The position numbers and the translations under genes were made by a program. This document shows, piece by piece, positions 37,412-44,884 of a stretch of DNA of 64,000 nucleotides (positions are counted from its first letter, which is position 1; each line of letters opens with the position of its first letter). Source of the stretch: a virus. Location of the stretch: IMG/VR virus record IMGVR_UViG_3300042305_001483; one strand, written 5' to 3'. Under the pieces are notes generated by a model. That model had not been told where the DNA came from. It made no database searches and saw only the letters and a program-made list of their open reading frames with translations.

Positions 37412-37996
37412 ATGTTAGTACCAATGGTAATTGAAAAAACAGGACAAGGTGAAAGAGCATTTGATATCTACAGTAGATTACTCAATGAAAGAATCGTTTT
37501 CCTAAATGGTCCAGTAGACGATGTCAGTGCAAATCTTGTAGTAGCACAGATATTGCACTTAGAAAGCCAGGACAGCGAAAAGGATATTAATTTTTATATT
37601 AACAGTCCAGGTGGAGTAATCACAGCAGGAATGGCCATTTACGACGTAATGCAATTTGTTAAACCCGATGTTTCTACTTATGTTATGGGGCAGGCTTGTA
37701 GCATGGGAAGTTTTTTAGCGCAGGCAGGCACTCCGGGAAAAAGATATATGTTGCCTAATTCCAGACATATGATTCATCAACCCAGCGGAGGTGCAAGAGG
37801 CATGGCGTCGGACATTGAAATTAGTTACAAAGAAATCATGTTTTGGAAAACTAGATTAACTATGCTGTATGTAAAGCATAATTCTGCTGGAAAAACTTAT
37901 AATGATTTTGAAAGAGATATGGACCGAGATACCTTTATGAGCGCAGAAGAATCGTTAAAGTATGGCTTGTGTGATCATATAGTTCAACATAGATAA
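37412..37996 (+). CDS. clpP: ATP-dependent Clp protease proteolytic subunit
   Basis: [21 protein letters not shown] (Ser), MIHQPSGG (His), DRD. Confidence 0.95.
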   Translation: MLVPMVIEKTGQGERAFDIYSRLLNERIVFLNGPVDDVSANLVVAQILHLESQDSEKDINFYINSPGGVITAGMAIYDVMQFVKPDVSTYVMGQACSMGSFLAQAGTPGKRYMLPNSRHMIHQPSGGARGMASDIEISYKEIMFWKTRLTMLYVKHNSAGKTYNDFERDMDRDTFMSAEESLKYGLCDHIVQHR

Positions 37997-38020
37997 TTAA
38001 CTTCTATGTTATTTTTAAAG

Positions 38021-38057
38021 GTTCTTTGAGTAAATATCTTACTCAAGGAACTTTTTT
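38021..38057 (+). terminator. hairpin plus U-tract after clpP, containing a TAAATA motif and the SD of the next gene
   Basis: GTTCTTTGAGTAA-ATATC-TTACTCAAGGAAC followed by TTTTTT. Confidence 0.6.
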
Positions 38058-38369
38058 ATGGCAAACAAATTACAACAATATAGAAGCAAAATTAAAAAAA
38101 TTAATGAAAATCAAATTTTATGGCTCAGACTTAGTGGGTTCGTAGTTATTTCTATTTTCATAGTTCTATTAGGATGGAATTTTTTAACAGATAACACTTT
38201 TATATACATAATCATTTTTTCTGGTTTAATTTTATCATGTTTCTGGTGGTATTTAACTATTAAATTAATAAAAGATTTATTAAACCACAGGAACACCGAA
38301 GTAGAAATTTTGAATGAAATAATTCAAGAACTTAAAGTTATCAAAGAAGATGTTAAAAAAATATCCTAA
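38058..38369 (+). CDS. 2-TM membrane protein with coiled-coil tail
   Basis: two hydrophobic helices, charged C-terminus. Confidence 0.65.
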   Translation: MANKLQQYRSKIKKINENQILWLRLSGFVVISIFIVLLGWNFLTDNTFIYIIIFSGLILSCFWWYLTIKLIKDLLNHRNTEVEILNEIIQELKVIKEDVKKIS

Positions 38370-38373
38370 CCTA

Positions 38374-38402
38374 TTGACAAGTTAAATAATAACTTATAAC
38401 AT
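38374..38402 (+). promoter_or_regulatory. sigma70-like promoter of queD
   Basis: TTGACA-17-TAACAT; predicted start about 38409. Confidence 0.55.
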
Positions 38403-38409
38403 AATACAT

Positions 38410-38452
38410 AGAGGACTTGACGCTCGACCCTCTTTAAATATTCCGCCCGTCA
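38410..38452 (+). ncRNA. candidate preQ1-I-like pseudoknot (riboswitch variant) in the queD leader
   Basis: P1 AGAGG/CCTCT, AC immediately before the P1 3' strand, P2 TGACG/CGTCA, A-rich linker; upstream of queD. Confidence 0.45.
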
Positions 38453-38486
38453 TCAAACTTGCTACCTAACATAAAGGAGACTAGAG

Positions 38487-38996
38487 ATGGCAAATCAACC
38501 TATTACCTATAAATGGACCAGCACTAAAGAATACCACGATTCTTTTCCCTGTGCATACAGACAATGGCGAGCCGATAGTCATTGTAATCTAATTCACGGC
38601 TACAGTTTTAGCATGAAGTTCTACTTTGGAACTAATGACCTCGATGTTCGAAACTGGGCTGCGGACTATGGCGGTCTTAAAGAACTCAAAAAAGTTTTAG
38701 AAGATCAATTCGATCACACGTTACTAGTTGCTCAAGACGATCCCCAACTTGAAACATTCAAACTACTCCAAGAAAAGAAAATGGCTAAACTTACTATCCT
38801 TCCAAGATTAGGTTGTGAAGGTCTAGCAGATATGTTATACAAGTATGTTAATGGAGTATATATTCCTCAACTATGGGGAGATGGGGAATCAAAACGTCTA
38901 TGGTGTTATAGAGTCGAAGTTCGTGAAACACAAAGCAACATGGCTTTTAGAGAAGGCCATCGTGAATGGAACGAAGATTTATTTGAAGAATTTTAA
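38487..38996 (+). CDS. queD: 6-carboxytetrahydropterin synthase / 6-pyruvoyl-tetrahydropterin synthase
   Basis: CNLIHGY, DYGGLK, FDHTLL, CEGLA, VEVRET. Confidence 0.85.
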   Translation: MANQPITYKWTSTKEYHDSFPCAYRQWRADSHCNLIHGYSFSMKFYFGTNDLDVRNWAADYGGLKELKKVLEDQFDHTLLVAQDDPQLETFKLLQEKKMAKLTILPRLGCEGLADMLYKYVNGVYIPQLWGDGESKRLWCYRVEVRETQSNMAFREGHREWNEDLFEEF

Positions 38997-38998
38997 AA

Positions 38999-39682
38999 AT
39001 GCTGTCAACTCAAATTATCATGGTCGGTACAACTAGTATACCGGCATTGGATAATTCAATAATTGATCAATTATTAGATTGGCACGATTCTAAAAAAACA
39101 ATTTTAGAAAATCCAGGGAGTATTGGTTTGAATACTCCCTGGGTGCATACAAAAATAAGAGATTCCGATCCGATGGAAAAATCAATACAAATAAAAAATT
39201 CAATCAGCGGATCTCCTTGGAATTTAGATTTTGTAGAAAATTTTCCAACTTTAGTAGAAAGTTTTAATCAATTACCACTAAATTTCATTAACAAAATTCT
39301 TATATTAGAAACTGTAAAAGAATGTGTTCCTCATATAGATGGAAGTAGTAGGACTTACTTAGATAAAAGTATCGAACCTTGTAATTATAGAATGCTTTTG
39401 AGAAAACCTAAAAACAGTAAGGGTTTTTATGTTCAACCATTATTAAAAGAAAATTTTGGAATTAGTGCAAGAAAAGAAATTGATACACCTTATTCTAAAA
39501 ATTATTACTCTCCAGAAATAGGAAAATGGTGGGTACTGAACAATTGGTGTTGCCAGCATGGCAGCGATTGGTTACCGGAAGATAATAAAGCGTTAATATC
39601 AGTGATAGGTACTCCATCTAATGAACACAAACAAATATTAAATTCATTATCAAACACAATTAAACACCCCGATTATACCTAA
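38999..39682 (+). CDS. putative 2OG-Fe(II) oxygenase
   Basis: VPHID ... WWVLNN..CQHGS ... KALISV. Confidence 0.5.
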   Translation: MLSTQIIMVGTTSIPALDNSIIDQLLDWHDSKKTILENPGSIGLNTPWVHTKIRDSDPMEKSIQIKNSISGSPWNLDFVENFPTLVESFNQLPLNFINKILILETVKECVPHIDGSSRTYLDKSIEPCNYRMLLRKPKNSKGFYVQPLLKENFGISARKEIDTPYSKNYYSPEIGKWWVLNNWCCQHGSDWLPEDNKALISVIGTPSNEHKQILNSLSNTIKHPDYT

Positions 39683-39693
39683 AAGGATTAAAA

Positions 39694-39825
39694 ATGAACA
39701 TGATGGACAAAGATTGGCTAGAAAGAATAATCATTGCATATAAAGCATATCCATATCCCAATAAAGATATCGAAAGTTTTATTAACTGGCTTTACAAACA
39801 ATATGGAATTGTACAACCAAAATAA
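39694..39825 (+). CDS. small hypothetical protein (43 aa; not in track)
   Basis: AAGGA SD; MNMMDKDWLERII... Confidence 0.55.
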   Translation: MNMMDKDWLERIIIAYKAYPYPNKDIESFINWLYKQYGIVQPK

Positions 39826-39908
39826 CCGATAAGATAAGTTATTGACTATTTTCAAAAGTTGTTATAAAATATAACTGTAGACATTATTGCTTAATAGGTG
39901 CAAAAATT

Positions 39909-40166
39909 ATGCTAGATCTTTCACAGCATTCGATTGACCCAACAACTATCAAGATTCACGTTCCCGAACGTATGTTCACTTTTGAAAAAAAAGAAATTGA
40001 ACAATCAAGTATAACCTTTCATACTCAACATAGTGAAATGTTAAAAATTACACCCGATGGGTTTTATGTTAGAGGAATTAAGGTGCCTGCGGATGATCAA
40101 GAAGCAGAATCGGTATACCGAGCATTTAAAGAATTTTTAATTTGGTCTGCACTTACAAGGAACTAA
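39909..40166 (+). CDS. hypothetical protein
   Basis: downstream of TTGACT-17-TAAAAT (39842-39870). Confidence 0.6.
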   Translation: MLDLSQHSIDPTTIKIHVPERMFTFEKKEIEQSSITFHTQHSEMLKITPDGFYVRGIKVPADDQEAESVYRAFKEFLIWSALTRN

Positions 40167-40167
40167 A

Positions 40168-40338
40168 ATGGAAAATCGTAGTTGGACCCTTACTGTAGAA
40201 GAAGATCCTAAAACTGGAGAATTAATTCTTCCTCTTCCCGCAGAATTACTTGCTATGCAAGGATGGTTCGAGGGCGACACCCTCGAATGGGAAGATAATA
40301 AAGACGGAAGTTGGACTCTTAAGAAAGTCGAAAAATGA
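40168..40338 (+). CDS. AbrB/MazE-like small DNA-binding protein (56 aa; not in track)
   Basis: GELILPLPAELL..QGWFEGDTLEW; AAGGA SD; ATGA overlap with uvsE. Confidence 0.65.
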   Translation: MENRSWTLTVEEDPKTGELILPLPAELLAMQGWFEGDTLEWEDNKDGSWTLKKVEK

Positions 40339-41363
40339 CTAAACGCATTGGCTTTGCCTGCAAGTGGATTGACAATCCTGATCAAGTCAACGGTATTAAA
40401 CCCAAAGATGCTTGTAAAAAGTACAATACAGGCAGTACCACCGTTGCTTGGTTAAATAGACAAAGCAAAGATAAGGCCGTAGAAAAACTATGGGACCTTA
40501 TGAAGGGTAATATTGAATCTGCCCGTTTGCTAGTTGAACGAGTGGGCAATTTAAATGAAATTTTGCGAATGGTACGACTATCTAGCGACATCCTTCCTGT
40601 GTATACTGAGCCAAGCTGGTCTTGGTTTTACAGATCAACCGATGTCAGAGATTACGCAGAAAGACATTTTAAACGAATTGGAGATTCGGCCCGTGCGAAT
40701 AATGTTCGCCTTAGTTTTCATCCCGGTCAATTTTGCGTTTTGGCATCTGATAACCCAGATATTGTAAATAGATCAATAGAGGAGTTTGAATATCATGTGG
40801 ATATGGCCCGCTGGATGGGATACGGTAACGTATTTCAAGATTTTAAAATCAACGTACACATCGCGGGTCGAGTCGGTCCAGCCGGTATCCGAGCAGCACT
40901 TAAGAGACTCAGTCCAGAAGCAAAAAACACCATTACCATCGAAAATGACGAAATATCTTGGGGAATCGACTCAAGTCTCGAACTCGTCAACGATCTCGCT
41001 TTGGTGCTAGACATACACCATCATTGGATACACACAGGAGAATATATTGAAACTACTGACGATCGTATTAAAAGGATTATTGACAGTTGGCGTGGTGTGC
41101 GCCCTGTTATACACTATTCCGTTTCTAGGGAAGATGTACTTACAGGCCATCCCGGATTACAACGCCCCTCTCTTCCGACCCTCTTAGAATCTGGTTATAA
41201 GAAGTCTAAACTAAGAGCGCACAGTGATTTTTATTGGAATGATTCAGTCAATGAGTGGGCTTTGACTCACAGTCAATGGGCCGACATTATGTGCGAATCA
41301 AAGGGAAAAAATCTAGCCAGTGTTAATCTGGCTAGTATGGGAAAACAATTAGGACTTCTTTGA
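40335..41363 (+). CDS. uvsE: UV damage endonuclease
   Basis: IGFACK, RLSSD, RLSFHPGQF, IENDE, LDIHHH, HYS, AHSD, MCESKGK. Confidence 0.9.
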   Translation: MTKRIGFACKWIDNPDQVNGIKPKDACKKYNTGSTTVAWLNRQSKDKAVEKLWDLMKGNIESARLLVERVGNLNEILRMVRLSSDILPVYTEPSWSWFYRSTDVRDYAERHFKRIGDSARANNVRLSFHPGQFCVLASDNPDIVNRSIEEFEYHVDMARWMGYGNVFQDFKINVHIAGRVGPAGIRAALKRLSPEAKNTITIENDEISWGIDSSLELVNDLALVLDIHHHWIHTGEYIETTDDRIKRIIDSWRGVRPVIHYSVSREDVLTGHPGLQRPSLPTLLESGYKKSKLRAHSDFYWNDSVNEWALTHSQWADIMCESKGKNLASVNLASMGKQLGLL

Positions 41364-41786
41364 TCTACGCTTTGTAACTGAGACTGTTTCGGCAGTCTTT
41401 TTACTTTTTCTTGCAACAGATTTTACATCTTTAACAGTTACTTTTCCGTCGCCATCGACATCGGCTGCTTTTTTAACTCGAGATCTAGTTTTCTTAACTA
41501 CTTCTGCAGCATCTTTAAGATCGACTTTACCATCCTTATTAACATCTAATACATTTGTTTTTTGAACATCTGTGTTAGGTGTTGTTTCTTGCTGAGCCAC
41601 TGGAGCAGGCTGCACTGCCGGCGAATCAACTACTTCTACAGTTTTATTGCTCGCTGTAGAAACTCCCTCATCCGATCGATTAACATAATCTAACGGATGC
41701 TTTCCATTACCACTTTCTTTATTTAATGCTCGATAAATTAACCAAAGAGCAATTCCCCCTAAGGCTACAAAAAGTAAAAATTCCAT
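41349..41786 (-). CDS. membrane-anchored protein with two EF-hand/dockerin-like Ca loops
   Basis: N-terminal TM; DVNKDGKVDLKD and DVDGDGKVTVKD. Confidence 0.65.
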   Translation of the reverse strand: MEFLLFVALGGIALWLIYRALNKESGNGKHPLDYVNRSDEGVSTASNKTVEVVDSPAVQPAPVAQQETTPNTDVQKTNVLDVNKDGKVDLKDAAEVVKKTRSRVKKAADVDGDGKVTVKDVKSVARKSKKTAETVSVTKRRSKKS

Positions 41787-41906
41787 AATAGTTCCTTTAT
41801 AAAAGTATTGTATTTAATGTCTATAAATACTTTAGAATTAATTTTGAATAACGAAAGGAGGACATAAATTTTAAATTCTAATTAATTTCAAAACCAGGAG
41901 AAAATT

Positions 41907-42122
41907 ATGTCCCGAGAAAATATCGAGAATTTTGAAGAAACTGACGACTCAGAAGAATGGGAAGAAGGCGATTATGGATTTATAGTTGGTCCAGACGGAG
42001 AACTAAAAAGTATTATGTTCCCGGAGAATTTGTTTTCAGATCCTCCAGCAGAAATTAAAAAAATATTAAAAATATTTGGAATTAAAAATATATACGAAAT
42101 AGAAAACAGAACCATTCACTAA
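41907..42122 (+). CDS. small acidic hypothetical protein
   Basis: AGGAG SD. Confidence 0.65.
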   Translation: MSRENIENFEETDDSEEWEEGDYGFIVGPDGELKSIMFPENLFSDPPAEIKKILKIFGIKNIYEIENRTIH

Positions 42123-42168
42123 ATAAACAATTTTTCGGTAAATATCTCTATAGTACAGAGGTATTTTA

Positions 42169-43236
42169 ATGTTAAATTGGGTTACAACATCATCATTAGG
42201 ATCTATCGAAACCGGAAGTATCAGTGAACTTTCTGTTTCAGCAACGCAATCATTATCTCAATCTGAAATTACATATAAATTAACTTCTGGAAATTTACCA
42301 AACGGACTTCAACTTAGACACGATGGGACTATTGAAGGGCAGGCAATTTACGATTCTACTGGCACGTTTACATTTTCTATCGAAGCATTTGATGCAACTA
42401 ATGTTGAATTAATCAGTAAAGAATTTCAACTTCAAGTTATTCAAAACAGCAGTAAAAAATTTACATCAATTTATGTTAAACCTTTGTTGTCAGTTCAAAA
42501 ACGAAAAGAATATTCTCAATTTATAAAAAATAATAAAATTTTTGACCCAAATTTAATATATCGATCCTATGATAAAAACTTTGGAATTCAAAGTAAAATT
42601 AAATTAATTTTAGATTTTGGCATAGAACAGTTAAATTTAGTCGAATATCTTTATCCTCTTTACGAAAATTTCTACAAAAAAAGAATTAGATTAGGGTCTA
42701 TTAAAACTGCAATTGCAAAAAATTCACAAGGAACGCATATATACGATGTAATTTATGCCAATGTTATCGATGAGTTAGCAGGAGCCTCAAGAATTTTCTA
42801 TACTGATTTTAATGATGAAATTTATTATCCTGGCAGTATAGATAACATGAAATTGCAACTGCAAGAAATAACATTGCAAAATTATAGTCAAATTACAGTC
42901 AACGAAAAGTTGCAACCTAGATTTATGCTAACAAATCAGGAAAATGATTTTAGATTAAAAACTTACTTTGCTGCCGTTCCAATTTGTTATACTTTACCTG
43001 GAAAAAGTCAGATAATTGTAAACAATATTAATAAAAGCAATTTTAAATTTAATGTAATAGATTTCGAAATTGATCGAATTTATGTGACAAAAAGTTTAGA
43101 TTACCAAGCGGATAAATATCTAATATTTGACAGACAATCCTTGGGCGATTTGGTAGATACTGATCAATATCTACTAGGCCCCGAAGGTTGGATAAGATTA
43201 GATGATGAAAATGATCAACCATTATTAAGAGAATAA
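42169..43236 (+). CDS. putative virion structural protein (N-terminal Ig-like domain; baseplate-like)
   Basis: YKLTSGNLPNGLQL..GTIEG..GTFTFSIEA Ig-like motif; late context. Confidence 0.6.
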   Translation: MLNWVTTSSLGSIETGSISELSVSATQSLSQSEITYKLTSGNLPNGLQLRHDGTIEGQAIYDSTGTFTFSIEAFDATNVELISKEFQLQVIQNSSKKFTSIYVKPLLSVQKRKEYSQFIKNNKIFDPNLIYRSYDKNFGIQSKIKLILDFGIEQLNLVEYLYPLYENFYKKRIRLGSIKTAIAKNSQGTHIYDVIYANVIDELAGASRIFYTDFNDEIYYPGSIDNMKLQLQEITLQNYSQITVNEKLQPRFMLTNQENDFRLKTYFAAVPICYTLPGKSQIIVNNINKSNFKFNVIDFEIDRIYVTKSLDYQADKYLIFDRQSLGDLVDTDQYLLGPEGWIRLDDENDQPLLRE

Positions 43237-43239
43237 GCA

Positions 43240-44850
43240 ATGGCAAGAATTACAAATTTACAAACTTTAACTACCTTAACCAGTCTATTAGTAATTCCCG
43301 TTGTCGATGTTTCACAATTACCTAATAAAACTAGAAAATTGGGAATAAATGATTTAATTACTATTATTAACGGAAACATCGATAATTCATTAGATCCTGT
43401 TGCTAACATTCTAACTGTAACTAATACAACACAATCAATTTCTATTGAATCTGGATCAGTACAGATTGCAGGTGGAGTAGGAATCGGCAAAAATTTGTTT
43501 GTAGGCGGTTCAATTAATTCAAACAAAGAAATTTACACTAATAAATTCTTTAGAAGTCAATCTCCAATAATTGCTCCAACTAGTGCAGCATATCAAGGAT
43601 CTGGAGAACTTTCATTAACAACTTATAAAATTTCAACTGGATTAGGTCCTTGGAGTATTGTATTTCATTATACTGGTAAATTTTTATATGTAACTAACAG
43701 TAGCGGCAATAATATTAGCAAATATTCGATTAATCAAAATAACGGATTAATTAGTGAAATTTCAAGCCCAACATTTTCTGGTGCAGGAACAAGAAGTCTT
43801 TCTATTCATCCAAATGGAAAATATTTATATGCAGTAAATTTTTCAGGAGATTCAGTAAGTCAATTCTTTATTGACCAAAATACTGGTGAATTATCGACTA
43901 TTACATCTGCCATTCCTACAGGAAACGATCCTAACGGAATTGCAATAACACCTTCTGGTGAATTCGTATATGTTACCAACGGAGGTGGAACTATTAATCA
44001 ATACTCGGTTAACCTTTCTACTGGAGTGTTAACTTCATTAGGAAGTTTTAGTTCCGGAGGACTAACACCATTTGGGATTACTGTAGATCCATCAGAAAGA
44101 TTTGTTTATGTAACAAACAGCAGCGGAAATAATATTGGACAATTTGCTATCAATCAAACAACAGGTGTATTAAGTGCAATCACTTCTCCAATAGCATCAG
44201 ATAATGAACCAACCGGAATTGCTGTAGATCCAACAGGAAGATTTGTTTATGTAACAAATAATAATTCCAATACAATAAGTCAATATTCAATTAACCAAAC
44301 ATCAGGATCTTTAACAATTATTGCCTCTCCTATTGCAACAGGTGTAGAACCATTAGGAATTACAGTCGATCCATTTGGTAAATTTGTTTACATTACAAAC
44401 TATATTTCAGACACTGTAGGTCAATACAGTATCAACCAATTAACTGGAGAATTATCTGCTATTTCTACAGGCATTTCTTGTGGCAATGGTGCAAATTCAA
44501 TTGTAGTCGACCCAACAAATAGATTCGTATTGGCTACAAATTTTATAGAAAGAACCATTAGTAATTTTTCTGTTAAAAGTTTTAGTGCAGGGCAATCAGT
44601 GATTGCTTCAACAATTGATTCAACTTCAACAGATACCGGAGCATTACAAATTGCAGGAGGAGTCGGAATTGGTGGGAATGTTCATCTGGGTCAAATATTA
44701 TCATTAAGTATTTCTTCATCTGCTCCATCAATTACAAAAACTGGAATTATTGCAGTTGCAGACGGAATTAATTGGGATCCTTCTTCTAAAGCGACAGGCA
44801 GACCATACCCTGTATTTTATGATGGAACAAATTGGAATGCATTTTACTGA
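43240..44850 (+). CDS. virion fibre/receptor-binding protein with YVTN/lactonase-like beta-propeller
   Basis: 7 repeats of P.GI.VDP.G.FVYVTN flanked by QIAGGVGIG fibre motifs. Confidence 0.7.
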   Translation: MARITNLQTLTTLTSLLVIPVVDVSQLPNKTRKLGINDLITIINGNIDNSLDPVANILTVTNTTQSISIESGSVQIAGGVGIGKNLFVGGSINSNKEIYTNKFFRSQSPIIAPTSAAYQGSGELSLTTYKISTGLGPWSIVFHYTGKFLYVTNSSGNNISKYSINQNNGLISEISSPTFSGAGTRSLSIHPNGKYLYAVNFSGDSVSQFFIDQNTGELSTITSAIPTGNDPNGIAITPSGEFVYVTNGGGTINQYSVNLSTGVLTSLGSFSSGGLTPFGITVDPSERFVYVTNSSGNNIGQFAINQTTGVLSAITSPIASDNEPTGIAVDPTGRFVYVTNNNSNTISQYSINQTSGSLTIIASPIATGVEPLGITVDPFGKFVYITNYISDTVGQYSINQLTGELSAISTGISCGNGANSIVVDPTNRFVLATNFIERTISNFSVKSFSAGQSVIASTIDSTSTDTGALQIAGGVGIGGNVHLGQILSLSISSSAPSITKTGIIAVADGINWDPSSKATGRPYPVFYDGTNWNAFY

Positions 44851-44884
44851 TAAATATAAAAATAATTATAATAGGTCCTAAAAA

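Noticed and set aside
41852-41870. Strong SD-like GAAAGGAGG in an intergenic region
   Set aside because: No start codon at a usable distance; possibly a remnant, not interpretable
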